A stretch of 64,000 nt of DNA from an uncultured Chromatiaceae bacterium (GCA_937978655.1 CALJUX010000012.1:3438-67437); one strand, 5' to 3'. Positions 47,910 through 58,456 are shown, counted from the first letter of the stretch. Notes: generated from the sequence alone by a model not told the origin. Numbers and translations: made by a program.

Positions 47910-48950
47910 TTAACTAAAACGGTAAAAAATCTGCTGCTGATACAGCTCGCCCGGCCTGAGCACGGCCGATGGAAAGTCTGGCCGGTTTGGTGCGTCCGGG
48001 AAATTCTGCGCTTCTAAACAGATGCCCTGATAAGGCGCAAAAGGGGCACCTAAATAGGTGCTGACATAAACCTGCACACCGGGCTGGGTAATGCGTAGTT
48101 CCAGCGCGCGTTGCGCTGCGCCGCGGCCGTGACTAAGTCTGGCCTGCAGTGGCAGCGTTTCCTTTGCTGGCTTCACGACAAAGCAATGGTCCAGCCCATG
48201 CGGCAAATCAGTGCTTTGCCGGCACCAAGGCCCAACGGCTTTTGGTGTGCGAAAATCAAACTCATGCCCGCTGACACTGCGCACTGCGTCCGGCAGCGGA
48301 ATACCGCGCTCGTCGACTGCCAGATACTGCTCGGCCATTAACTCTAACTGATGCGCTGCAAGCGCTTCCACTGTTTGTTGCGGCGCCAGGTTAAAGTAAC
48401 AGTGATTGGTCAGGTTGACGACGGTTTCGGCGTCTGTAGTTGCAGTGAAACTGAGCTGTAATTCGCCGCCAGGCCGGCCCAGACTGTCAATAGAATCAAC
48501 CACCTGCAGGCGCTGCTGCACTCTCAAAGTACCGGGAAAACCCTGGTCGCCATTGGGGCTTATCAGTTCCAGTAGCAAGCTGTCGGCGCTGTGCTCCAGG
48601 ACTGTCCAGACGCGCTGCGCAAAACCTTGCGCGCCGCCATGCAGGCAATGCGGTGGCTGACTGGCGCTCAGCTGATGCTGCTGGCCCATGCTATCGGTAT
48701 AACAGGCGCCGGCGATGCGATTGGCATACCGGCCAACACTGGCGCCCAGTGCTGCGCTGTCGGTCAGATAAAACTGTGGGTCGGCTTGCGACAACGTCAG
48801 CTCCTGACCGTGCAGTTTGATGCTTTGCACACGAGCGCCATAAGGCAACACTGTGACTGTGAGGCCACCGCTGCAGCTGATGGCGTGTGGCGTCAGCGCT
48901 GTTGGCGTCAGTTGCAGCGCCAGCCGCTGCGCGGCGACCAGCGCGTTCAT
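47910..48950 (-). CDS. galM: aldose 1-epimerase (galactose mutarotase)
   Basis: GRYANRI, HCLHGG, NLTNHCYFNL motifs. Start at MNALVAAQ (48950) overlaps the galK stop (ATGA). The longer track ORF would overlap galK. Confidence 0.85.
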   Translation of the reverse strand: MNALVAAQRLALQLTPTALTPHAISCSGGLTVTVLPYGARVQSIKLHGQELTLSQADPQFYLTDSAALGASVGRYANRIAGACYTDSMGQQHQLSASQPPHCLHGGAQGFAQRVWTVLEHSADSLLLELISPNGDQGFPGTLRVQQRLQVVDSIDSLGRPGGELQLSFTATTDAETVVNLTNHCYFNLAPQQTVEALAAHQLELMAEQYLAVDERGIPLPDAVRSVSGHEFDFRTPKAVGPWCRQSTDLPHGLDHCFVVKPAKETLPLQARLSHGRGAAQRALELRITQPGVQVYVSTYLGAPFAPYQGICLEAQNFPDAPNRPDFPSAVLRPGELYQQQIFYRFS

Positions 48951-50122
48951 AAAGCGCGGGCTCCGGCGCTGGCCTGACACAAGTAAAAAGTTGGTTCCAA
49001 CTGATGCGCCGCCGGGTAGACCTGGCTTAAATGCTGGCACACCGGCTCGACTAAATCGGCTGGTAACAGCGCGACCACACAACCGCCAAAACCACCGCCG
49101 GTCATCCGCACACCGCCACGTTCGCCACAAATCGCAGCAACTTCAGCCACCAGAAAATCAATGGCCGGCACTGTGATAGCAAAATCGTCGCGCATCGACT
49201 GATGCGACTGCGCCATCAGTGCGCTTAAAGTTTTGATATCGCCGCTTCTGAGCGCCACAGCTGCGGCTTCAGTGCGGTTATTTTCGCTGATGACATGACG
49301 GGCGCGGGCATAAATCAGCGGGTCGAGCTGGCTATTCGAAGCTCCCAGTTGCGCTGCTTCTAACTGTTCCAGCGTGACATCTCTAAGCGCTTTGACACCA
49401 AAAAACTTCGCCGCTGCTTCACACTGTTCCCGCCGCTCGTTGTAAGCGCTGTCGACCAGGCCGCGTTTGACGTTGGAATGGATGATTAATACCTGTAACG
49501 ACTCCGGCATCGGTACCGTCTGATAATCGAGACTGCGACAATCCAGCAGCAGCGCCTGACCGGCTAAACCGGCGGCACTGACCAGCTGGTCCATAATGCC
49601 GCACTGACAACCGGCAAACTGATGTTCAGCCTGCTGACCATTGAGCGCATTGTCGCGTGGCAACAGTGGCGCGCCTGCCAGCGTACTGAGACCAAGCCCC
49701 AACACCATTTCCAAAGACGCTGACGAGCTTAATCCGGCGCCTTGTGGCACGTTGCCGCCGACCACCAGCTGACAGCCTGGCAGCGTCAGACCGCGTTGCT
49801 GTAGACCAGCCACCACACCACGGACATAATTAGCCCAGCGCGGTGTCGACACAGGCTGGATAGTTTCAGTTAAATCAATCACATGCAGCTGCTGATAATC
49901 CGCCGCGAAGATTTCAATCTGGTTTGAACCCGGCACCAGGCGGCTGGCCAGCACCGTTTCAAACTGAATGGCGCAGGGCAGCACAAAACCGTCGTTGTAG
50001 TCGGTGTGTTCGCCAATCAGGTTAACGCGCCCCGGTGCACTGAACAGCTGCGTGGCGTCCGCGCCAAATTCGCGCTGGAAAGTTGTTTTGACCATGTTCT
50101 GAAGAGCGCCGGACAGACTCAT
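48947..50122 (-). CDS. galK: galactokinase
   Basis: APGRVNLIGEHTDYNDGFVLP, GAGLSSSASLE (GHMP kinase), MTGGGFGGC. Confidence 0.95.
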   Translation of the reverse strand: MSLSGALQNMVKTTFQREFGADATQLFSAPGRVNLIGEHTDYNDGFVLPCAIQFETVLASRLVPGSNQIEIFAADYQQLHVIDLTETIQPVSTPRWANYVRGVVAGLQQRGLTLPGCQLVVGGNVPQGAGLSSSASLEMVLGLGLSTLAGAPLLPRDNALNGQQAEHQFAGCQCGIMDQLVSAAGLAGQALLLDCRSLDYQTVPMPESLQVLIIHSNVKRGLVDSAYNERREQCEAAAKFFGVKALRDVTLEQLEAAQLGASNSQLDPLIYARARHVISENNRTEAAAVALRSGDIKTLSALMAQSHQSMRDDFAITVPAIDFLVAEVAAICGERGGVRMTGGGFGGCVVALLPADLVEPVCQHLSQVYPAAHQLEPTFYLCQASAGARAL

Positions 50123-51225
50123 GCTGTGACTCCTGTTGCTGCCTTTTTATAATGAGTGGCCGGCAAATCACGTAAGCGCGCGGCGGCCTGTTCCGGGGTC
50201 ATATCACGCTGGGTTTCAGCCAGCATTTCATAACCTACCATAAACTTTTTCACGCTGGCGGAGCGCAGCAGCGGCGGATAAAAATGCGCGTGCAGCTGCC
50301 AGTGGTCGTTTGTCGCTGACGTGTTATCAGTGACGCCATATGGCGCACAGTGCCAGCCCATCGAATAAGGGAAAGAGCACTGAAACAGATTGTCGTAACG
50401 AATAGTCAGTGCCTGCAGAATTTCCGCGAGGCTCAATTGTTCCGCTTCAGTCAACTGTTCCAGATGCTGCACGGCGCGCTTGGGCAGCAACAGCGTTTCA
50501 AAAGGCCAGCTGGCCCAATACGGCACCACCACCAGCCAGTCGGCATTGTCCAGTACCAGCCGCGAGCGGTCAGCCAGTTCCAATTCGGCGTAGCGCTGCA
50601 ATAAATTCTTGCCATGTTTGGCCAAATAAGCCGCCTGCTGTGCATCTTCGCGTGCCGGCAGCGTCGGAATGCCTTTACTGGCCCAAATCTGGCCATGCGG
50701 ATGCGGATTGGAGCAGCCGTTAATGGCGCCTTTGTTTTCAAACACCTGCACCCAGCCGTAGTCGCGTGATAAATCCTGATATTGGCCAATCCAGCATTGG
50801 ATCACCGCCTGGATTTCGCTGATGCTCAGTTCCGGCAGCGTTTTGCTGTGATCCGGTGAATAGCAGATCACCCGGCTGCAGCCTTGTTCGGCCTGTAATT
50901 GCAGCAAATCTTCCTGATTGAACGCCGCATCCGGCGTCTGGGTATTCAGTGCAGCAAAGTCGTTCTGAAATACAAAAGGACCCTGATACTTTGGGTTGTG
51001 CGCGCCGTTGATCCGCACGTTGCCCGGGCACAGATAACAAGTTTCGTCATAGGACGGCTGCACGCTGTTGTCGGCCGCTTCGACCTGGCCTTGCCAGGGC
51101 CGTTTGGCGCGGTGCGGCGATACCAGCACCCAGTCGCCGGTCAGCGGGTTGAGCCGGCGGTGCGGGTGCTCGACTGGATCAAAAGTAGTGTGCTCAGACA
51201 AGGTATGAACTTCAGACATCAGCAT
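50119..51225 (-). CDS. galT: galactose-1-phosphate uridylyltransferase
   Basis: HPHRRLNPLTGDWVLVSPHRAKRPWQG, CYLCPGN, and the active site SNPHPHGQIWA. The start may be 51219 (MSEVH). Confidence 0.95.
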   Translation of the reverse strand: MLMSEVHTLSEHTTFDPVEHPHRRLNPLTGDWVLVSPHRAKRPWQGQVEAADNSVQPSYDETCYLCPGNVRINGAHNPKYQGPFVFQNDFAALNTQTPDAAFNQEDLLQLQAEQGCSRVICYSPDHSKTLPELSISEIQAVIQCWIGQYQDLSRDYGWVQVFENKGAINGCSNPHPHGQIWASKGIPTLPAREDAQQAAYLAKHGKNLLQRYAELELADRSRLVLDNADWLVVVPYWASWPFETLLLPKRAVQHLEQLTEAEQLSLAEILQALTIRYDNLFQCSFPYSMGWHCAPYGVTDNTSATNDHWQLHAHFYPPLLRSASVKKFMVGYEMLAETQRDMTPEQAAARLRDLPATHYKKAATGVTA

Positions 51226-52279
51226 TTTCCTCTGCAGCGCCGCCAGTGCGATAGCCCTGCGGATTTTGTTGTTGCCAGCGCCAGGTGTCGCTGACCATAT
51301 CAGTTAAATGGAGTTTGGCCTGCCAGCCCAGTTGTTGCAGCGCTTTGCCGGCATCGGCATAACAGGCACTGACATCGCCGGGGCGACGTGGCGCGAAAGT
51401 CAGTGGAATGGGGTGGCCCGACACCTGGCGGAAGGCTTCGACCATATGCAGCACCGAATAACCCTGGCCGGTGCCGAGGTTAAACAGGTGGTGGCCGGGG
51501 CTGTTGTGTAGCTGTTCCAGCGCGCGGACGTGGCCGTCGGCTAAATCCAGCACATGGATGTAATCGCGCACGCCGGTGCCGTCTGGCGTCGGGTAGTCGT
51601 TGCCAAACACGGTGAGCGCCTCACGCCGGCCAACCGCGACCTGGCTGATAAATGGCAATAAGTTGTTCGGGATGCCTTGTGGGTCTTCACCGAGCTGACC
51701 CGACGGGTGCGCGCCGACCGGGTTGAAGTACCGCAGAACCACCGCAGAAAACGCCGGATTGGCCGCGTTATAGTCGGCGAGGATTTGCTCAACCATAAAC
51801 TTACTGCGGCCATAGACACTTTGTGGTCCGGTTGGCGATTGTTCGGTCAGCGGCAGGCTCGCCGGGTCGCCGTAGACTGTCGCCGACGAGCTGAATACCA
51901 GACTGTTCACCTGATACTGCTGCATCACATTCAGCAGCGTCACAGTGCCGGCGACATTGTGCTGATAATATTTCAGCGGTTCGCGCGCCGATTCACCAAC
52001 TGCTTTTAAGCCGGCAAAGTGGATCACGGCATCAAAGTTTTGCCCGGCTGCGGCGTTGTTAGCAAACACGGCAGCCAGTGCCGGGGCATCACAGATATCC
52101 AGCTGGTGAAAATCAAAGCTGCCGGGCAACCCCTGGCTTAAATTACTAAGCCGCTTTAATACTTCGCTTTGGCTGTTACTGAAATTATCCACCAGCACCA
52201 GCTGATGGCCGCGTGCCATCAGGGCCAGCGCGGTGTGAGAACCGATATAACCGGCGCCGCCGGTCAGCAGGATTTTCAT
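51212..52279 (-). CDS. galE: UDP-glucose 4-epimerase
   Basis: MKILLTGGAGYIGSH, YGRSKFMVE (YxxxK), LRYFNPVGAHPSG. Confidence 0.95.
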   Translation of the reverse strand: MKILLTGGAGYIGSHTALALMARGHQLVLVDNFSNSQSEVLKRLSNLSQGLPGSFDFHQLDICDAPALAAVFANNAAAGQNFDAVIHFAGLKAVGESAREPLKYYQHNVAGTVTLLNVMQQYQVNSLVFSSSATVYGDPASLPLTEQSPTGPQSVYGRSKFMVEQILADYNAANPAFSAVVLRYFNPVGAHPSGQLGEDPQGIPNNLLPFISQVAVGRREALTVFGNDYPTPDGTGVRDYIHVLDLADGHVRALEQLHNSPGHHLFNLGTGQGYSVLHMVEAFRQVSGHPIPLTFAPRRPGDVSACYADAGKALQQLGWQAKLHLTDMVSDTWRWQQQNPQGYRTGGAAEENADV

Positions 52280-52292
52280 CCGTGTTACTCCG

Positions 52293-54704
52293 TTAAAATT
52301 GAATACTGGCGGCCGGCAGCCCGGCAGCTGAGACCGTTAAACGGCCTTTGAGGCCCGCCGCGCCGGTTTTCACCAGCACCACGCCAACGCCACGCTCAGT
52401 GACTACCGGTTCCGGGTTAACGATATCCAGATCTGCACTGTGGAAAGTCAGCGTCACGCCGCTGGTGCGCAGCGGGTTGCCTTTGCTGTCGATCAGCTGC
52501 GCTTTGACAAAAACCTCATCAAAGGCTGCCGGCGCCGGGCCTGTGTTATCAACCGCAATTTGAATAGCGGCGGCCGGGCCTGGCGTGTGCACCTGATGTT
52601 CAGTCACCACCTTGCCGTTGATTAGCGCTTTAGCTTCAAGCGTGCCCGGCACAAAAGCCGGCAGGCTGAATTCGAATGGCGGTTTGGCGATGCGGTCAGA
52701 CATCGAATTTTCGCCAGCTTGTCGGGTCGCAGTACGGGTCTCGACCAGCTTGCCGTTTAAGTACAACGCCACTTGGTCGGCATTGCTGAATACCCGCACC
52801 TGCACTTTTTGTCCGACAGCCACGCCTTCGCCAGTCCAGTCACTGGCGATAAACACCATGGGGCCAGAAGGGTAGAGGGCCGATTGTTCACTGGCGGGGC
52901 GCTGGCTTTGGAACAGGTAATAGCTGTATTTCGGCTCACGGTAGATGCTCATCAGGCCCGAGGCTTCCAGGTCATCGGCATAACCTCGGTTGTAGTCAAA
53001 CATCACCCAATAACCGTCGGCAAAAGCTGGCGTGCGCAGGTTGTCGTTGTGCGCTTCCTGCAAATTGCTGGCTTGTTGCAGCAAGCGGGTTTCACCGGCG
53101 GATAACAGCTGGCGCGAAGTGCGCGCTTCGGCTTTTAAACCCTGCCACTGGTGCTGGGCAAAACCGGCGTCCTGCGCGTAGTATTCCCAGTCGCCATATT
53201 CGGACACCACATAAGGCTGAGTGGGTGGCGTGTAATGTTGCAGCCGGTGCTGGCGGGCCTGCAGATACAAATCAAAGCCAGGCATCCAGCCAGCGGAATA
53301 GCCCCAGGGCGCTTCTTGTTTCACCGTCTGATGCAGGCGCTTAATCAACGCCGGCGACATTGGGGTTTCATTTAAGGAACACTCAAAGGCCAGAATGCTT
53401 GGATGATTGCGGCTGCGGCGGATTAAATCGCGGCAGTTTTGCTCCATCAAAGCAGCAAAAGCCGGGTCCAGCGACTGATATTGCCAGCCGGGAATGGCGT
53501 CGAGCAGCAGCAAACCTAAGCGGTCGGCCGTGTCCATAAAGGCTTTGGACTGTGGATAATGCGACAGCCGGACATAATCAAAACCAGCAGCTTTGATGCG
53601 GATGGCGTCACGCTCGTCAGCCAAAGGTCCGACGGCATAACCCAAATGCGGGAATTCCTGATGGCGGTTCACGCCGCGTAAAAAGGTTTTTTGCCCGTTT
53701 AACAGCAGCTGATGCTGGGTATCAAAAGCGATAGTGCGCAGGCCAATGTTACGCTGTTGCCGCTCCAGTAATTGCTCGCCTTGCCACAGTTCGGTCACCA
53801 GCTGATACAACGCCGGTTGTTGCGGGCTCCAAAGCTGTGGTGTCTTGATAGTCAGCTGTTGCTGCAGCGTTTGTTTTTTACCGGCCGCCAGGCTTAATTG
53901 CGCCTGAGTTTGGCTGACCAGTTTGCCGTTTTGCAAAATTCGCTGGCTGAGCCGGGCTGAAGCTGGTGCCGTCGCAGCAGATTGCAGTTCAGTCGCGACC
54001 ATCAGAGTGGCTGACTCCCGGCTTATCTGCGGATAACTGACCGCTACGCCGCCGCCAGCGACTGTGCTGCTTAATTGCTCTGAGCTGATGTGCAGCGTCG
54101 GGCGCAGCGCCAGCGTGACAGGCCGGTACAGGCCGCCATAAGGATTAAAATCGAGTTGCTTGAGTGGTTTTAAACCGGTCAGCGCATGGTCGCGGTTATC
54201 CAGCCGCACCAGTACTTCGACCGTTTCTGGCCGTTTGGCCTGTTGCTGCAGATAAGGCGTTAAATCGACGCTAAACGGCAGATAACCACCAAGATGCTGG
54301 CGTAAATGCATGCCGTCGACATAGACATCGGCCACATTCATCGCGCCGCCAAACTGCAGCCACAGCTGCTGGCCTGATTGCTGTTTCGATAAATCCAGCG
54401 TGGTTTTGTACCACATAGTGCCTTGCCACTGGTCGTTGACGACCATTGGTTCACGCTTGGGCGTATGCGGCAGCCGCACCAGTTCCCAGGTCGCATTGGC
54501 AGCCGGCAGCTGACCGGCGCCCTGGGTGTCTTTGCTGAATAACCAGTGATGCACGGTCAGGTCGCAGGCGCTGGTCTGGAGCTGGGACGGACAGGCCGCA
54601 ACGACTGCAGGAACCGCCGGTAAAGCGACAGTCTCATTGGCAACCGTTTGCCAGCTCAGCAAGCTGAGGCCCAAGGCGGCAGCTGGAACAAAAAAACGCG
54701 TCAT
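52293..54704 (-). CDS. secreted GH2-family beta-galactosidase-like glycoside hydrolase
   Basis: Start at MTRFFVPAAALG (AAGGA upstream) with a signal peptide. Shows the GH2 sugar-binding/Ig/TIM order with NRHQEFP...VRLSHYP and SILAFECSLNE (acid/base NE); 803 aa. Confidence 0.8.
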   Translation of the reverse strand: MTRFFVPAAALGLSLLSWQTVANETVALPAVPAVVAACPSQLQTSACDLTVHHWLFSKDTQGAGQLPAANATWELVRLPHTPKREPMVVNDQWQGTMWYKTTLDLSKQQSGQQLWLQFGGAMNVADVYVDGMHLRQHLGGYLPFSVDLTPYLQQQAKRPETVEVLVRLDNRDHALTGLKPLKQLDFNPYGGLYRPVTLALRPTLHISSEQLSSTVAGGGVAVSYPQISRESATLMVATELQSAATAPASARLSQRILQNGKLVSQTQAQLSLAAGKKQTLQQQLTIKTPQLWSPQQPALYQLVTELWQGEQLLERQQRNIGLRTIAFDTQHQLLLNGQKTFLRGVNRHQEFPHLGYAVGPLADERDAIRIKAAGFDYVRLSHYPQSKAFMDTADRLGLLLLDAIPGWQYQSLDPAFAALMEQNCRDLIRRSRNHPSILAFECSLNETPMSPALIKRLHQTVKQEAPWGYSAGWMPGFDLYLQARQHRLQHYTPPTQPYVVSEYGDWEYYAQDAGFAQHQWQGLKAEARTSRQLLSAGETRLLQQASNLQEAHNDNLRTPAFADGYWVMFDYNRGYADDLEASGLMSIYREPKYSYYLFQSQRPASEQSALYPSGPMVFIASDWTGEGVAVGQKVQVRVFSNADQVALYLNGKLVETRTATRQAGENSMSDRIAKPPFEFSLPAFVPGTLEAKALINGKVVTEHQVHTPGPAAAIQIAVDNTGPAPAAFDEVFVKAQLIDSKGNPLRTSGVTLTFHSADLDIVNPEPVVTERGVGVVLVKTGAAGLKGRLTVSAAGLPAASIQF

Positions 54705-54759
54705 GAAAAATCCTTGCACAAAAAAATGATGAACTGGCTTACGCCCCGTTGTGTTCAAC

Positions 54760-55467
54760 TTAAGCCCAGTTGCGTTCAACTTGTGGCCGCAGCACCAGCT
54801 CGTGCCAATGCGCACTCTGCGGCGCCTGCAACATCGCGAGCGCGGCGGTTGCGACATCGTCCGGCGTTAAGTATTCAGGCCGCGCCTGAGGCCGGAAGCC
54901 GGTATCGACGCCGCCGGGAATTAAATGCAGCACCCGCACGCCGCTGTCCTGCAGTTCCCGCCTCAGTACTTTGCTGTAACTTTCCAGCGCGCTTTTGCTG
55001 GCGCTGTAAGCCGCCACACCGGGATTGGCGAAACTGACGCAAGTGCTCAGCACCTGTAAAATAGTGCCGTGACCACGCGCCAGCATGCCGGGCAACAGGC
55101 ATTCCTGTAGCAGCAGCGGCGCCCGGAAATTCAGCGCCAGCATTTGCTCCAGCGCCGGCCAGTCTGGGCTTTGCGCCGGCGTCCGGCTTAAGTTGGCGCC
55201 GGCACAGTTAATAAGCCCATCAACCGGGCAAGCGGCTTCGGCTTGCTGACAAAAGGCAATCAGCGCGGCCGGGTCGGTTAAATCAAAGGCGGCGTGCTGC
55301 ACGAGCTGCGCTGCCGGTGCCAGGGCCAATACCTGGGCGCAGGTTTCGGCCAGCTTTGCGGCATCACGACCGTGCAAACTGAGGCGATAACCGGCTTTGG
55401 CCAGTTGCAGCGCCAAGACGCGGCCAATGCCGCCCGAAGCGCCGGTCAGCAGCAGATGTTCGGCCAT
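54760..55467 (-). CDS. short-chain dehydrogenase/reductase (SDR)
   Basis: LLLTGASGGIGRVLAL and YSASKSALE. ATG 55467 is preceded by AAGGGAG. Confidence 0.75.
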   Translation of the reverse strand: MAEHLLLTGASGGIGRVLALQLAKAGYRLSLHGRDAAKLAETCAQVLALAPAAQLVQHAAFDLTDPAALIAFCQQAEAACPVDGLINCAGANLSRTPAQSPDWPALEQMLALNFRAPLLLQECLLPGMLARGHGTILQVLSTCVSFANPGVAAYSASKSALESYSKVLRRELQDSGVRVLHLIPGGVDTGFRPQARPEYLTPDDVATAALAMLQAPQSAHWHELVLRPQVERNWA

Positions 55468-55511
55468 CGTTTGCTCCCTTGATTGAGTCAGATCCGGCTT
55501 GTGCCAGCATG

Positions 55512-55545
55512 GAAACAACACCGGCAGGCCAAAGCAGCCTGCCGG
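55512..55545 (-). terminator. terminator after TonB-dependent receptor gene
   Basis: 9-bp stem ccggcaggc / gcctgccgg with a 7-nt loop, followed on the minus strand by tgttgtttcc. Confidence 0.55.
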
Positions 55546-55554
55546 GTTGAACTG

Positions 55555-58203
55555 TTACATCGAGTAAGAGAAACCAATCAGGAAACGGCGGCCCCAGTCG
55601 AGGTAGCTGCCAATCCGGCTTGGGTCATTGTCGAAGTAAGAGGTTGAGGCTTCGTTGGTCAGGTTCTGGCCCTGCAACATCAGCTTCAGCTGGCTGTTCA
55701 CTTCGTACGACACACTGGCGTCCAGCGTGGTTTCTGCGTCTATGCTGTTGATTTCAGACGGTGTCCAGCTGCCGACCCGGGTAAAGCCGCTGCGGTAGTT
55801 GTAAGACACTTTGGCGTCGAAACCGGCTTTGTAGTACCACAGCGTCAGGTTAGCGACGTCTTTGGACAGGCCACCGAGCGGCAGCGGATTGTCTTTTGGT
55901 ACAAACTCATAGACGTTGCTGTCGGTGTAGGAGTAGTTGGCGTAGAACCCCAGGCCATCGAACGGTGCCGGCAGGTTTTTAAACGCCTGCTGATACATCA
56001 TTTCAAAGCCTTTGATTTGACCACCGTCGCCATTGACCGGGCCGGTGAAGTCATAAGTTACACCGTTGAGTGTCAGCTTATCGGTGCTGCTGCCGATGTG
56101 GCTCTCTAAGTCTTTAAAGAAGGTGGAGACGGTTAGAGCCTGATCTTCCGACAGGTAATATTCCACGCCGATATCGAGCTGGTTCGCCACAAATGGGTCT
56201 AACAGCGGGTTACCGCCCGAGCCGGTTTTAACCGGGCTTTGTGAATCGAGCTGGAAGCCGGTACGCATTTCCACCAGCGGTGGCCGTGCTAAAGCGCGCG
56301 ACAGGCCAACCCGCAGTTGGGTTTCATCGTTCAGCGCAAAGTTCAGGTTCAGCGACGGCAGCACTTCGGTGTAGCTGTGGTCGACGCTGATCGGCGAATA
56401 CTGGTTGTCTTTAAACTGGTAACCGCTGGATTCTGAATCAGTTTTCACTAACCGCACGCCGGCGTTACCGGTGTAGCTGAAGCCAAACAGTTCAGAGTTC
56501 AGCCGCACCATGCCATATACCGCCTGGTTTTTCTCGCTGACAAACCAGCTGTTGATGCGGTCCTGGTCGGTTTTGCTGTAAGCCGAACGGTTGTCGATGC
56601 CGCCAAACGCCTGCTGCACTAAATCGCCCCAGTTGTTAAAGCCATACATATCCGGCGACTGTAAACCGCCGCCTAAGGCATAACGGCGGCCGTAGTTCGC
56701 CACATTCGGGTTTTTCACCGCCTGCCACCAGCTTTGCACGTCGTTGTCTTTTTCACGGTCGGAGAAACGGCCACCAAAGGACACACTTTCAATCAGCGCA
56801 TGGTCCAGCCGGCGTTCGAAGTCGAGTTTCAGGCTGCTCATTTCGTCGGTCAGGTCACGGTCACTGTCGACCGTCATGCCGTTCACTTTGTAGTATTCCG
56901 GTTTGCTGATGTCCTCGTTCACCACCACGCCTAAACGGCCACCGGCGGTGGACCACTGCACGTCGAGCGGCGTTGGGCCTGAGTAGCTGGAAGTGACGTT
57001 GACCCAGCGCGATTTGATGCTGGCTTCGGAATAACCGAGGTCGGTACTGATGGTCCAGACATCGCCTTCCCAGACGGACTTGAGGCCAGTACTTAATAAC
57101 TCATTGGCCTGGAACCAGGTAGCGTTGTTGGCCGAATGCGCGCCCCACAACATACCGCCGCCGGTCAGCTGCTGGCTGCCATCAGCTTTGGTAATGATTT
57201 GCGGTTTGGCGACTGAGTTGTTGTAGTTCCAGTTGCTGCCACCGCCCCAGTTGCCCCAGCCGTCAAACCAGAACTGGTCTTCCAGCTCTTCGATATCAAA
57301 TTCGCTGTAAAACAGGTCGTATTTCAGGTTCAGTTGCTCGGAAGCCTGCCATTCCAGGATGGTCATGGCGCCGGTGCGCTGGTTGTCACCGAGTTTGGTG
57401 GCAGTTTTGCCGCCCCATGGCGCCGCTTCGCGGATGCCGTCACCGTTGACATCGCCCTGATCGGCAACGTTTTTGTTGTAGGCCCAGCTGCTGGTTTCGC
57501 GTTGCAGCGATGGCTGGTCCTGATAAGTCAGGCCCAGTACCACACCAAAAGTCTCGCTCCACTGGTCGACATAGCTGAAGCTGCCTTTATGGCCACTGGC
57601 GTCAGCACCGTCGATGTCATGGCCCAGCTGATAATCCATCAGGTGGCCGCTGATATTGATGATGCGTTTGTCTTTGGCCAGCGGGCTGACAAAGTTCATG
57701 TTCACCAGGCCAGAGATACCGCCTTCGACCTGACTGGCCAGCGGGCTTTTGTACACTTCCACTGAGTTAATCAGTTCAGCCGGGAATTGCTCATAACGCA
57801 CTTCACGGCTTGGTTCGGCGCTGACAATTTCTCGGCCCTGCATCGTCGCCATATTCAGGCGCGGGCCCATGCCACGAATAGAAATGCTGCTGGCGTTGCC
57901 GCGGTCGCGTTCTGCTGCCACGCCAGGCAAGCGGCCTAAGGCGTCGGCGATGGTCACGTCCGGCAGCGAACCCAGGTCATCTGTGGAAACGATTTCCACG
58001 ACGGAGTCCGCTACTTTTTTCTGTAATAAGGATTTGCCAAGGGTGGCACCGAAGCCGCGAACTTCAATGGTTTCGATCGCCACTTCTTCTTTGTCTGTTT
58101 TATTAGCGGCAGGCTTTGCCGTGGTCTGCGCCTGGCTGTGCGCGCTGAAAATAGCTGAACTGACGGCCAGTGCCAGCAATGATTTTTGCCATGTTGTCTT
58201 CAT
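55555..58203 (-). CDS. TonB-dependent outer-membrane receptor (carbohydrate-type), first gene of galactoside locus
   Basis: Signal peptide; plug domain (IETIEVRGF, DDLGSLPDVTIADAL, ISIRGMGPRLN); a long barrel; 882 aa. Confidence 0.85.
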   Translation of the reverse strand: MKTTWQKSLLALAVSSAIFSAHSQAQTTAKPAANKTDKEEVAIETIEVRGFGATLGKSLLQKKVADSVVEIVSTDDLGSLPDVTIADALGRLPGVAAERDRGNASSISIRGMGPRLNMATMQGREIVSAEPSREVRYEQFPAELINSVEVYKSPLASQVEGGISGLVNMNFVSPLAKDKRIINISGHLMDYQLGHDIDGADASGHKGSFSYVDQWSETFGVVLGLTYQDQPSLQRETSSWAYNKNVADQGDVNGDGIREAAPWGGKTATKLGDNQRTGAMTILEWQASEQLNLKYDLFYSEFDIEELEDQFWFDGWGNWGGGSNWNYNNSVAKPQIITKADGSQQLTGGGMLWGAHSANNATWFQANELLSTGLKSVWEGDVWTISTDLGYSEASIKSRWVNVTSSYSGPTPLDVQWSTAGGRLGVVVNEDISKPEYYKVNGMTVDSDRDLTDEMSSLKLDFERRLDHALIESVSFGGRFSDREKDNDVQSWWQAVKNPNVANYGRRYALGGGLQSPDMYGFNNWGDLVQQAFGGIDNRSAYSKTDQDRINSWFVSEKNQAVYGMVRLNSELFGFSYTGNAGVRLVKTDSESSGYQFKDNQYSPISVDHSYTEVLPSLNLNFALNDETQLRVGLSRALARPPLVEMRTGFQLDSQSPVKTGSGGNPLLDPFVANQLDIGVEYYLSEDQALTVSTFFKDLESHIGSSTDKLTLNGVTYDFTGPVNGDGGQIKGFEMMYQQAFKNLPAPFDGLGFYANYSYTDSNVYEFVPKDNPLPLGGLSKDVANLTLWYYKAGFDAKVSYNYRSGFTRVGSWTPSEINSIDAETTLDASVSYEVNSQLKLMLQGQNLTNEASTSYFDNDPSRIGSYLDWGRRFLIGFSYSM

Positions 58204-58328
58204 AATCCACCCTTGTCTTACCGGTTATTGTTGTGTTGCCTGCCTGTTGCCCGGCAGTGCGCAGCGTTGCCCTGAAGCCGCTGTCGCTTTTTTCAACAGC
58301 AGTTCACCGGCGGATTTATAGCATAAAA

Positions 58329-58344
58329 GGGAAAACGTTTTCCA
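58329..58344. promoter_or_regulatory. candidate LacI-family operator upstream of TonB receptor gene
   Basis: gGGAAAACGTTTTCCa is a perfect 14-bp palindrome with a central CG, about 130 nt upstream of the ATG at 58203. A weaker half-match tggaaacgcttgc lies at 58407-58419. Confidence 0.5.
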
Positions 58345-58456
58345 ATTGATTTTCAGTGTGTTTTCATGAGTGAGTTTAAATGATTGAATTTATTTAAATT
58401 AAAGTATGGAAACGCTTGCTTTGGCAGCCGCAGCCATTTGGCAATGGCGGGGAAAT

